Origin: an uncultured Gammaproteobacteria bacterium
GTDB lineage: Bacteria > Patescibacteriota > Patescibacteriia > UBA1558 > S5-K13
DNA: 64,000 bases
Direction of reading: 5' to 3'
NCBI GenBank assembly: GCA_964640635.1
Contig: CAZXFD010000002.1
Location: 26,153-90,152 of the forward strand
Positions 27,241 through 36,199 of this stretch are shown here, piece after piece; position 1 is the first letter of the stretch, and each line of letters opens with the position of its first letter. The position numbers and the translations under genes were made by a program. The notes under the pieces were generated by a model. It did no database searches. It was not told the DNA's origin and saw only the letters and a program-made list of their open reading frames with translations.

Positions 27241-27275
27241 GCCTGAAAGCTGATAGCTAATCGCTAATAGCTAGT
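27241..27275. repeat. Intergenic repeat gcctgaaagctgatagctaatcgctaatagctag, related in inverted orientation to 32111-32143
   Basis: Its reverse complement is about 80% identical to tagctgttagctattagcttttagctttcaggc at 32111-32143. Confidence 0.5.
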
Positions 27276-27864
27276 TATAAAGAATCTCATCATCATCACT
27301 TTCCTCTTCACTATCTACTAAGTTGTCATTATCCTCTCCAATTACTGGAATCTTATAACTAACATCTTCTCTATTTATATCATTAATGTCATCATCTAAA
27401 ATTTCTTCATCTTCTACAACGCTCTCTGCATCCTCTTCTTCGTCACTTATTTCCTCTTTTTCTTCTTCATAAATATTATTGTCTATATTTTGAAAAGATC
27501 TTCTTCTATAAGAGTCCATTTGTTCTTTCATTTCCCCAAGGCGTTTAAATAAATTTATAAGAATAAGAAAGATCAAAACAACTGAAACGAGAAGAACCCA
27601 AAAATGAACTTTGGTATAATCAAAATAATCCTCGAAATTAAAAGAATCTTCAGAGGTAGTATCCTCTGGAATGTTGCTCATATCAGTACCTAATTTTCCA
27701 TCTTCTAACTTATTATAAAAATTATCTATTTGTTCTGTTGTGCTGGCATCTAATTCACTTGCTTCTAAATTGGCTTCGCTATATGCTGCCATACAATTAA
27801 AAGACATGGCCAAAAACAAAACTAATGAAATTGGAAGTATATATAATTTTATTTTATTTTTCAT
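27271..27864 (-). CDS. Membrane protein with signal peptide, one internal TM helix and a highly acidic (Glu/Asp-rich) C-terminal tail
   Basis: N-terminal signal peptide, TM FWVLLVSVVLIFLILINLF, and a C-terminal EEEKEEISDEEEDAESVVEDEE...SEEESDDDE tail. Confidence 0.55.
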   Translation of the reverse strand: MKNKIKLYILPISLVLFLAMSFNCMAAYSEANLEASELDASTTEQIDNFYNKLEDGKLGTDMSNIPEDTTSEDSFNFEDYFDYTKVHFWVLLVSVVLIFLILINLFKRLGEMKEQMDSYRRRSFQNIDNNIYEEEKEEISDEEEDAESVVEDEEILDDDINDINREDVSYKIPVIGEDNDNLVDSEEESDDDEILYN

Positions 27865-27893
27865 ATATTTACTTGTCCCACAAAATGGCGGGA

Positions 27894-29009
27894 TTATTTA
27901 TTTAAAGAGAGTACCATATTTTTTTCTTCATCACAGGACACGACAATGACTTTTAATCTATTAAAATGCTTATTACTCATTATCAAATCTCTTATATCAC
28001 TATTTCTCTCCCCTATTCCACCTGAGAAAACAACCGCATCAACATTATCTAACAATGTCATATATGAAGAAATATATCTTTGTATTCTATAAATAAACAT
28101 ATCCAAGGCTAATTTAGCCATTTTTTTGTTTTCTCTATTACCTATCACATTTGATTTGTATCCTGGAATTTTGTAAGCATTTAAAATCATAACATCACGA
28201 AGATCAGAAATTTGACTTATTCCTTTTATACCTGAATTAAAATTTAATTCATTGAAAATAGACTCAATATCATTTCCATATGATAATAAATATTTCACTA
28301 TAGAAGCGTCTATATCACCACATCGCGTCATCATCATAAGACCTGATAACGGAGAAAAACCAAGTGACGTATCAATAGCCTTGCCATTTTTTATAACTGA
28401 TATACTAGATCCCCCTCCCAAATGACAAGTTATGATATTTGTATTAGATATTTTTTTCTTTAATTCCTTAGATGCCTCAACAAGCATTCCTTGATGAGAA
28501 AACCCGTGAAAACCATATTTTCTTATTTCCTTATATTTATTTAAATATTTTTGAGATATAGGATAAGAGAAAACACGTTCTTCTAAATCACAAAAAAACA
28601 TTGTGTCAAATACTCCAATGTGTTTTGCCTTTTTCCAAATACCAATAGATGACTTTGCAACTGACAAATTAATAGGGTTGTGAAGTGGTGCTAAGTCATT
28701 ATATTTTGATATTTTAGAAATGATAGATGAATTCAATATAACTGGCTTTGTAAATTCTATTCCACCATGAACGATTCTATGAACTATTTTTTCTATATCT
28801 TCTTTTAGATTAATCTTCAAAAAATTATAAACAACGTCAAGCGCTTCTTTGTGTGATAAAATTTCTTGATTAGACAATAAACCATTTAAATTAATTATAG
28901 AATTATTACTTCCTATTTTTTCTATTAAGCCAAAATAAATCTGATTTAATTTTTTATCAAATAATTTAAACTTCAGTGATGTGCTCCCACTATTTAAAAC
29001 TAGTATCAT
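27894..29009 (-). CDS. ackA: Acetate (or propionate) kinase
   Basis: VLNSGSTSLKFKLF N-terminal ASKHA motif and the internal H..FHGFSHQ segment. Confidence 0.85.
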   Translation of the reverse strand: MILVLNSGSTSLKFKLFDKKLNQIYFGLIEKIGSNNSIINLNGLLSNQEILSHKEALDVVYNFLKINLKEDIEKIVHRIVHGGIEFTKPVILNSSIISKISKYNDLAPLHNPINLSVAKSSIGIWKKAKHIGVFDTMFFCDLEERVFSYPISQKYLNKYKEIRKYGFHGFSHQGMLVEASKELKKKISNTNIITCHLGGGSSISVIKNGKAIDTSLGFSPLSGLMMMTRCGDIDASIVKYLLSYGNDIESIFNELNFNSGIKGISQISDLRDVMILNAYKIPGYKSNVIGNRENKKMAKLALDMFIYRIQRYISSYMTLLDNVDAVVFSGGIGERNSDIRDLIMSNKHFNRLKVIVVSCDEEKNMVLSLNK

Positions 29010-29012
29010 TTG

Positions 29013-29095
29013 TTTAGTATTTAGTGTTTAGTATTTTCCGCCAGCCAGCCCCGCTACGCGAAGCATGACCGGGGAGGCGGATCAGCCTTTGGCTG
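29013..29095. repeat. GC-rich ~83-bp structured intergenic repeat (copy A), bounded by agtgtttag direct repeats
   Basis: About 96% identical to 39311-39392. It contains a ccccg-16nt-cgggg hairpin and a cagcc-ttt-ggctg hairpin. It lies between pduL and ackA on the strand opposite to both genes. Confidence 0.7.
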
Positions 29096-29129
29096 AAGTG
29101 TTTAAAAATTACTTATTTACATTAAACTG

Positions 29130-29711
29130 TTAGTCGATTAAAATAATTCCTTGCTCTCCCTGAGATATTCCACAAGCATTTGCTTCATCTAAATCAATAT
29201 GTGCTCTTGAATTAAATTTTTCATCAACTCTTACTATAACATTATCAAATATAACTCCTCTTTCTCTGCCAACCTTCAATTTTACAATTGCCCTATGTTC
29301 TATTCCCAGGCTCTGAGCCTCTAGACTAGATATATGAATATGTCTCTTTGCAACTATGACACCACTTTCCAAATTAACCTCATCTATTGGGCCAACGACT
29401 TTTAATCCAGGAGTATCATCTATATCTCCAGAAACTCTTATTGGGGCCTTTATTCCTAGCTTAAAAACGTCTGACAACAATATTTCTATTTGTGTTTTTT
29501 CTCTCTCGGGCCCTATCATTCTAACATTTTCTATAGACCCGTTTGGTCCTATTAACTGGACTACTTCTTGTGCTGCAAAATCATCCCCTTGAGATAATTT
29601 CTTTTCGCTTTGAAGCTCATACCCCTCTCCAAATAATTTTTCAACTAATTCTCGACTAGGGTGTATGTGCCTATTTGAATACTCGACTTCAATATTAAAT
29701 TCTTTTGCCAT
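29130..29711 (-). CDS. pduL: PduL-type phosphate acyltransferase (phosphotransacetylase/propanoyltransferase)
   Basis: Two PduL half-domains, each with an RHIH motif (SNRHIHPS and AKRHIHIS). Confidence 0.8.
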   Translation of the reverse strand: MAKEFNIEVEYSNRHIHPSRELVEKLFGEGYELQSEKKLSQGDDFAAQEVVQLIGPNGSIENVRMIGPEREKTQIEILLSDVFKLGIKAPIRVSGDIDDTPGLKVVGPIDEVNLESGVIVAKRHIHISSLEAQSLGIEHRAIVKLKVGRERGVIFDNVIVRVDEKFNSRAHIDLDEANACGISQGEQGIILID

Positions 29712-29721
29712 ATTTTTATAG

Positions 29722-30741
29722 TTATATTTTAAATTTTATTAATTGTTTTTTGTTTAGAAGACCTACCTGTGCTCCGATTTTTGTAATTACATTACAACTT
29801 CTTATCATAGCCAATCTTAAACTTTTTTTGATATCATAATCTAGAATAAGTCCAGATACAAAACTTGAACCAAATGCATCTCCTGCTCCTGTTGTATTTA
29901 TACTTTTTACCTTTAGTATTTTTTCATGAATCACTTCTTTGCCATCATAGACATACGCACCCCTATGACCACATGTAATACTAACAATCTTAGGTCCCCA
30001 AGAATAAATAGCTTCTAACAGAATATCTATTTCGTTGACTTTTTTAGAGCTTGATCCACACAAAGCTCTTGCTTCTTCTATATTTATATTAAAAAATTCT
30101 ATTTGCTTTAAATATTTTTTAAAATATTTACTACCCTTTTCTAATTGTAAGACACCCGGATTCCATGCTACTTTTATTTTTTTCTTTTTTGCATACGACA
30201 AAATAGTTTTGATATTTTTTTCAACCAATGAATCTTTACCACTAAGGGACGCAATATAAAACCATTTTGTGTCGATACCTTTCAAGTCATATGGCGTAAT
30301 ATTTAAAACCGAATTAGCTCCACGATGTGTAAAAAGAACATGTTCATGATAATTTCCATAATTTACAATAAAAGAAAAACCAGAATGTATTCCGCTGAAA
30401 ATCTGTAAATTATCTGTATTGATATTATTTTTCTTAAGTTCTTTTACTATAGAGCTAGCAAACCAATCATCTCCCAAACTAATAAAAGATGCTGTTTTTA
30501 AACCCATCAAAGAAAAACTAACGGCCGTGTTCATTCCACCTCCGCCATATGTAAAACTCACATCTTCTGAAGAAATCTTTGAACCATATCGAAAAGCCAA
30601 AAACTCTTCTAGGTTTTTACCATGTTTTATAAGCTTAGCATCATCAGTATAATACATTATATCCTGCGTTGCTCCACCAAATGTTACAATGTCAAATTTA
30701 GGCATAAATAATACAAAAAATGTTAATAAATTATTTATCAA
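29722..30741 (-). CDS. PfkB-family carbohydrate/nucleoside kinase
   Basis: The C-terminal TTGAGDAFGSSFVSGL anion-hole motif and the N-terminal GGG..N motif. The start may be Met13 (30705). Confidence 0.8.
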   Translation of the reverse strand: MINNLLTFFVLFMPKFDIVTFGGATQDIMYYTDDAKLIKHGKNLEEFLAFRYGSKISSEDVSFTYGGGGMNTAVSFSLMGLKTASFISLGDDWFASSIVKELKKNNINTDNLQIFSGIHSGFSFIVNYGNYHEHVLFTHRGANSVLNITPYDLKGIDTKWFYIASLSGKDSLVEKNIKTILSYAKKKKIKVAWNPGVLQLEKGSKYFKKYLKQIEFFNINIEEARALCGSSSKKVNEIDILLEAIYSWGPKIVSITCGHRGAYVYDGKEVIHEKILKVKSINTTGAGDAFGSSFVSGLILDYDIKKSLRLAMIRSCNVITKIGAQVGLLNKKQLIKFKI

Positions 30742-30827
30742 TACCTTATTATTATATCAAAAATTGAACAATAAATAAAACAAGTAAAATTGTCTTTACT
30801 TGTCTACATAATAAGCCTAAAATTGGG

Positions 30828-31331
30828 TCAATTCTTTAAAAACCACTGCATTGTATAACCATTTGGAGCGTCACTTACAAAGTCTTTTTTTGGACAAGAT
30901 CCAGAACCATGATTGCTGCTTTCTGTTTCAAAAGAAGATACTTGAAATATGGCAAAGCTTTCCTCACAACCATATTCTCCAGCATTAAACTTGTGATATC
31001 TATAATAATATTTATGATCATTTAATGGATCAAAAATAGGAGAATCAAAAATACCTTTTTCAAACAAATTATATAAAACAAATTTTGATTCGTTTTTTAG
31101 CTTATATCCATAGTCCCAAGCATCTAAACTAATATTATCTGGCAAAGCATTAAAATCTTGAACATACACACTTATAGCCATTTGTATAGTTGAAATATCT
31201 GTGCTTCTTCTAATATCTCTTATATGCTTCCATTGATTGGTCATATAAATACCCATAACAATAGACCAAAAAGCGATCATAAAAACTAAAAAAGTTGTAG
31301 TAAAAAATAAATTTATCTTTTTTTCTATCAT
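30828..31331 (-). CDS. Hypothetical N-terminally membrane-anchored protein
   Basis: 167 aa. The N-terminal hydrophobic helix FTTTFLVFMIAFWSIVMGIYM is followed by a soluble domain. Any pilin-like character is speculative. Confidence 0.5.
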   Translation of the reverse strand: MIEKKINLFFTTTFLVFMIAFWSIVMGIYMTNQWKHIRDIRRSTDISTIQMAISVYVQDFNALPDNISLDAWDYGYKLKNESKFVLYNLFEKGIFDSPIFDPLNDHKYYYRYHKFNAGEYGCEESFAIFQVSSFETESSNHGSGSCPKKDFVSDAPNGYTMQWFLKN

Positions 31332-31460
31332 GGTATTATTATATCTAAATATATCTCTAAATACAAAACCTCCTCCATAAAAATATTACGATACGAAAAA
31401 AACACGGCTCATTGTTATGAACCGTGTTTTATAAATACTGTTTTTTCTATAAGTGAATAA

Positions 31461-32105
31461 TTATTTTTTTTCTTCTGTCTTTTCTTCTGTCTTTTCTTCC
31501 TTAGGAGCTTCTGTGCTTACAAGAGTTTCTTCAACAACAACCTTTTCTTCTTCATAAGGAACTGCTGATGCAATTGCCTGATCTTCTGGATTTAATATCT
31601 TAATTCCCTTTGGAACCTTGATACTTGATACAAAAATAATATCGTTTATATTTTCAAGCATAGAAAGATCTATTTCTATTTCATGAAGCATGTCTTCTGG
31701 AAGACATTCAATTTCTATATGATCTATGTCTCTACTAAGAACAGCTCCAAGCTCTTTTACAGCCTTTGATTCCCCAATAAATTTCAAAGGAATTTCTGAC
31801 TTAAGTTTGTGTAACTTACTAAATTCATAAAAATCTGCATGTAAAATCTTATTTGTTCTTGGATCTCTAAAAACATCGTGAATAAAAACAGGAACTACTT
31901 TATCTTCTAAATTAATACTTATTATAGTATTTTCACCAGCATCAGAAAGTGATTTCAAAAAATCATGCATTTTGATCTTTATAGTCTTGGTTTCTTTCTG
32001 AGGTCCATATATAACTCCTGGCAAATATCCTTCTTCAATCAAATGTTTTGCCTTTTTATCTGTTTTAATGTCTCTTATTTCTGCTTTTAATGTTAGTTCT
32101 GTCAT
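31461..32105 (-). CDS. rplY: 50S ribosomal protein L25 / general stress protein Ctc
   Basis: bL25 N-terminal fold pattern (LKAEIRD...GYLPGVIYG) and a long-form C-terminal extension ending in KTEEKTEEKK repeats. Confidence 0.85.
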   Translation of the reverse strand: MTELTLKAEIRDIKTDKKAKHLIEEGYLPGVIYGPQKETKTIKIKMHDFLKSLSDAGENTIISINLEDKVVPVFIHDVFRDPRTNKILHADFYEFSKLHKLKSEIPLKFIGESKAVKELGAVLSRDIDHIEIECLPEDMLHEIEIDLSMLENINDIIFVSSIKVPKGIKILNPEDQAIASAVPYEEEKVVVEETLVSTEAPKEEKTEEKTEEKK

Positions 32106-32110
32106 TGTAT

Positions 32111-32177
32111 TAGCTGTTAGCTATTAGCTTTTAGCTTTCAGGCCTGATGGCTGATTGCTGATGGCTGATTGCTGATT
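32111..32177. repeat. Inverted copy of the 27241 repeat followed by a 14-bp tandem repeat (ctgatggctgattg)x2.5
   Basis: 32111-32143 is the inverted copy of the 27241 repeat; 32144-32177 is the 14-bp tandem. The element is intergenic between tgt and rplY. Confidence 0.5.
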
Positions 32178-32241
32178 AATAATTGTTAGTCATATCATTG
32201 TAAAACAAGTTTGATTTTATGTCAAGCTAAAATAAATCATT

Positions 32242-33342
32242 CTAAAATTTACCTGCCTTTATAGATACCCTTATTTTTTTCATCATTTCAAGATAAAATT
32301 CAATATTATTTAAGGTAGAAAGACGAAGAGCTAGTGGATCTTGAACTCTAAAAATATGATGTAAATAAGCCTTTGAATAAGTTCTTAATTCTTCTATTTT
32401 GGAGTTACTATTTATAGAGCTTTTGTCATTTGCAAATTTTGCATTGGTTATGTTTATTGTTTTATAAAAACCTTTGTTTAAATTATCATTCTTAAAAAAA
32501 TACATTCTTCCATGTCTTGCTTCGCGACTTGGTATAACGCAGTCAAACATATCAACTCCATTTTTTACAGCTTCAATAATATTTTCTGGATATCCTACTC
32601 CCATTAGATATCTTGGACTTTGTTGAGGAATTTCTTTTACTATGTGATTTAAAATTTCATACATTTCATCGTTGGTTTCTCCGACTGCAAGTCCTCCAAT
32701 TGCATAGCCATCAAAATCAATATCAACAAGTTCCCTAAGGCTTTTAGATCTCAATTCTTTATTTAATCCCCCCTGCACTATTCCAAAAAGAAGATTTTTG
32801 TTCTTTGGGTCTAATTTTTTCTTAGCAACTTTACATTTTTTTGCCCAAAGACTTGTTATCCTAAGCGCTTCTTCTAATTTCTTTTTATCTGATTTTGAGT
32901 CCAGACAAACATCTAATACCATCTGAATGTCTGAGTCCAGCACACTTTGAGTTTTCATAACCGACTCTGGTGTAAAAAAATGCTTTGAGCCATCATATGT
33001 TGACTGAAATTCTACACCACCCTCCATTAATTTCCTTATTTTTGAAAGAGAAAAAACCTGAAAACCACCTGAGTCTGTTAGCATTGGTTTTTTATAATTC
33101 ATAAAATTTCTAATTGATCCAAATTTTTTGATGATTTGAAGTCCTGGTCTTAGGTATAAATGATATGTATTTGCCAAAATAATTTCTGGATTTAATTTTT
33201 TTATATCCAAATAACTAAGAGATTTTATTACCCCTCGAGTAGCAATTGGCATAAAAACAGGCGTATGAATTTCGCCTGATTTTGTTTTGAGTATTCCAAG
33301 TCTTGCATTACTAATTTTTGATTTTTTTAAAATCTTGTACAT
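32242..33342 (-). CDS. tgt: Queuine tRNA-ribosyltransferase
   Basis: LTDSGGFQVFSL signature, and VGYP...DMFDCV with its catalytic Asp. Confidence 0.9.
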   Translation of the reverse strand: MYKILKKSKISNARLGILKTKSGEIHTPVFMPIATRGVIKSLSYLDIKKLNPEIILANTYHLYLRPGLQIIKKFGSIRNFMNYKKPMLTDSGGFQVFSLSKIRKLMEGGVEFQSTYDGSKHFFTPESVMKTQSVLDSDIQMVLDVCLDSKSDKKKLEEALRITSLWAKKCKVAKKKLDPKNKNLLFGIVQGGLNKELRSKSLRELVDIDFDGYAIGGLAVGETNDEMYEILNHIVKEIPQQSPRYLMGVGYPENIIEAVKNGVDMFDCVIPSREARHGRMYFFKNDNLNKGFYKTINITNAKFANDKSSINSNSKIEELRTYSKAYLHHIFRVQDPLALRLSTLNNIEFYLEMMKKIRVSIKAGKF

Positions 33343-33349
33343 ATTTAAT

Positions 33350-35362
33350 TTAATTTACAACTTTTCCTTTCGGAGAAGCTTTCTTGTCAGAAAAGCACTC
33401 TGTTGTTAATGGATTCTTTTTTATAATAACTGGGGAATTAGAAAACACGTCCGTTGCTGAAAAATAAATAATTGAGCTAAGTGGAGCGAATTTAGAAACA
33501 TCCCCCTTGCCAGGAGTAACCATCAAATTGAAGGTTATTGTATTGTCCTTATTCTTATCTGAACTAGAAACCTGCCAACTCAATTGTCTATTATTTTCAT
33601 CAAATTTTATATTTTGACCATCCTGTATACCAACACTTTCAAAATCAACATTTGCTGGGAGGGTTGTTTTTATCAATATATCTTTTATATTATTCAATTT
33701 CGAGTTAAATTTCCAAACAACTCTATAGCCTGTGAGTTCTCCAACCATTGGTGGAAGTGGTCCTGAACCAATCTGAGCGCCTGATTCATCATAATACCTA
33801 CAATCACTAAAAAAATCAATTGGCGTATTAATCTTACTACTTATTATATTTGATTGAACTTGAGATTCATCACCGCCATAATATAAAGAAGACATAGACT
33901 GAATTGTATAATTATTTTTATCTATAAAATCTGTTTTAAATCCCAAGATTTTTATCTTGAAGCTGAGTCTAGATTCTTGACCTGGCTTTATTTGAGCAAG
34001 CGATGCAACGGAGTTTTCGTCCCAAGTGATTGTTTTATTTTCTTTATCTATTACTGCATTATAATTATTAGAAACCAAATCAAAATCAACATATTGCGAA
34101 TCTATTTTAGTAACTATTCTGACATTATTCATAGCACTCTCTCCTGAATTTCTATAAATAACTTGATAACTCAACTCATCTCCAAAATTATACGCTTCAT
34201 CTGTAAATTTTTCATTTATAAGTGTTTTCAAATTAATTTTATTTGCAATAAGATTAATTTGTTTTTTAGCTTCTTTATAAGGAATCCAGGTAGAATTATC
34301 GCCATCACTAACTGATATTTCTTGAGCTAATGATTTTATCTCCAGTATCGCCTTTATGCTAGAAGAACTACTTAAATCAGAATTAAAAAATCCAGAAATT
34401 GTAATATTTTTTTCTTCATTACTTTTCAAGTTATCTATAAACCAAATATTATCTGATATCAATTTAGCATCGCCACCTGACTCTATTGCTATAAAATTAT
34501 CTCCATAATCTAATTTAATACGAAAATTATCAAGACTATTTTTGGAAATATTTTTATATTTTATTTTATATTCGACCTTATTATTACTTTGAACTTGCTC
34601 TGGGGCTTCTAATGAAAAATCTATTAGTGTGTCTGATATAGACACCTCCTTTGAAGCTTTGCTTTCTAAAATAGAACTAAAATTGGCAGGCTCATAATAA
34701 AGAACTGCATCTAATAAAAGTTTTTGATCCTTGTCTCCTATAAGCTGTGCGTACAAATCCACTTCTCCCGACTGACCTGGACGCAAATCTTTCAATTTCC
34801 AAACGTTCAAAGACAAGGTGCTTGCGCTTGGATCTGCTTTTATATAATTAAAACCACTTGGGTAGCTAATTCTAAGCTCTAGATTTTTTATTTTTATATT
34901 TTGTTTGTTGTAATATTTAATTTTATATTTTGCTTGAGTTCCCGAAACAAAGCTATCGTCAGATGTAATTTCTACAATAACCCCTTCACCCTCAACAGTT
35001 TTTGTATTATTAAAATAAACTATAGTAAAAAATATTCCTGCAAATATTGCCATAAAAATAAGAAAGGAAATAAGTTTCCCTTTGCTTTTTTTTGGTGTTT
35101 CAAAATTTTCAAGACTTGTCTTGTTTTTCCAAATATTATCTATATCTTCTGTAAAATTAACCCTGTCTTTATTGAAATCCCTTATATTTTCAGTCTTTTT
35201 TCTTATTGGAATACGGGGTTTTATATCATAATTTTTCCTTTGAGTTTTTTCAATTTTTACAACATTTACTCCTTCACTTAAATTTGGCTTAGCATCTCGA
35301 AGATTTAGTACGTGATCTTTTTTCAATCCATTAGATATTCCTTTGTTTTTTATTTCTATCAT
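33350..35362 (-). CDS. Membrane-anchored protein with a Lys-rich N-terminal tail, one TM helix and ~4 DUF11/CARDB-like Ig-fold repeats
   Basis: TM LISFLIFMAIFAGIFFTIVYF. Recurring blocks [KE]Y[KQ]I.Y.N.....[LN].......[ID] are spaced about 100 aa apart. Confidence 0.6.
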   Translation of the reverse strand: MIEIKNKGISNGLKKDHVLNLRDAKPNLSEGVNVVKIEKTQRKNYDIKPRIPIRKKTENIRDFNKDRVNFTEDIDNIWKNKTSLENFETPKKSKGKLISFLIFMAIFAGIFFTIVYFNNTKTVEGEGVIVEITSDDSFVSGTQAKYKIKYYNKQNIKIKNLELRISYPSGFNYIKADPSASTLSLNVWKLKDLRPGQSGEVDLYAQLIGDKDQKLLLDAVLYYEPANFSSILESKASKEVSISDTLIDFSLEAPEQVQSNNKVEYKIKYKNISKNSLDNFRIKLDYGDNFIAIESGGDAKLISDNIWFIDNLKSNEEKNITISGFFNSDLSSSSSIKAILEIKSLAQEISVSDGDNSTWIPYKEAKKQINLIANKINLKTLINEKFTDEAYNFGDELSYQVIYRNSGESAMNNVRIVTKIDSQYVDFDLVSNNYNAVIDKENKTITWDENSVASLAQIKPGQESRLSFKIKILGFKTDFIDKNNYTIQSMSSLYYGGDESQVQSNIISSKINTPIDFFSDCRYYDESGAQIGSGPLPPMVGELTGYRVVWKFNSKLNNIKDILIKTTLPANVDFESVGIQDGQNIKFDENNRQLSWQVSSSDKNKDNTITFNLMVTPGKGDVSKFAPLSSIIYFSATDVFSNSPVIIKKNPLTTECFSDKKASPKGKVVN

Positions 35363-35422
35363 ATAATTTTTGTTTTTGTATATTTTGAAGATAATTTACA
35401 AATTATAATTATCCAATAAATT

Positions 35423-36058
35423 TTAACTAAAGCTATTTAATTTGTGTTCCAAAATAGATTCAAAATAATGTCTCAACCATTTTTTTATTAATATCAAATC
35501 ACTAGTCTCTATATCTAATTTTAGCATGAGCTCAATGTTTTTTAAATAGTCATTTTCTGCAAATACACTTAATTCATTTCCATATTTTTCTATACCAAAA
35601 AAATTATTTGGCATAAATCCAAAATGCTTTAAAATAGAAAAAAAATAAACTATTTGAAGTTTTAATTTATCTAACAAATCCTTGTGAGAAATAAAATCCT
35701 CCAAAAAAACTATAGTATCGTTGTATAAATCTGTCTCCTCTAAATCTTGTTTTAAAAAGCCCGTTAATATTTCTGATACTTGTGAAAAAAACTTGAAATC
35801 TACATTATCAAAAAAACTCGCGAAATAGCTCTTCACGGTTTTAACTTGAGCTATTTTATCAATGTCATTGCCATGGGCCAACATAAAAATACACAAATTA
35901 CCAGGTATTAAAAATCCAGATAATTTACTCTTGGCAGATGCCACGGATTTTCCTACAGCTACAACAAGGCCTCGCTCGAAAGAAAATATATGATAAAGTC
36001 TGTCTTCATTTCTAAACTTTTTGGCAGATAAAATAATTCCTTGAGTTATGTATTCCAT
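35423..36058 (-). CDS. recO: DNA repair protein RecO
   Basis: The N-terminal OB-fold pattern (GIILSAKKFRNEDRLYHIFSFERGLVVAVGK) resembles RecO. Its length is right and the context is housekeeping. Confidence 0.55.
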   Translation of the reverse strand: MEYITQGIILSAKKFRNEDRLYHIFSFERGLVVAVGKSVASAKSKLSGFLIPGNLCIFMLAHGNDIDKIAQVKTVKSYFASFFDNVDFKFFSQVSEILTGFLKQDLEETDLYNDTIVFLEDFISHKDLLDKLKLQIVYFFSILKHFGFMPNNFFGIEKYGNELSVFAENDYLKNIELMLKLDIETSDLILIKKWLRHYFESILEHKLNSFS

Positions 36059-36102
36059 GGGGATAATTAGGAAATTAGTAGGATTAGGAAATTAGGAAGT
36101 TA

Positions 36103-36153
36103 GCCCCGCCTCCATATAGTTTATAATTGTTGCGGGATCCCGCTTCGCGGGAG
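36103..36153. repeat. GC-rich palindromic element (ccccgcctcc ... gcgggatcccgcttcgcggga), a distant relative of the 29013/39311 family
   Basis: It shares gcttcgcg and ggaggcgg-type cores in the opposite orientation. It is intergenic between ileS and recO and flanked by attaggaaa repeats. Confidence 0.4.
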
Positions 36154-36199
36154 AAACTAGGAGATCAGGAGATTAGGAAAATTATGAGATTGAAAAAGA

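Noticed and set aside
30828-31331. Type IV pilin or pseudopilin
   Set aside because: There is an N-terminal hydrophobic helix, but the class III signal peptide motif (G/F-T-L-I-E with Glu at +5) is absent. I kept it as a generic membrane-anchored hypothetical protein.
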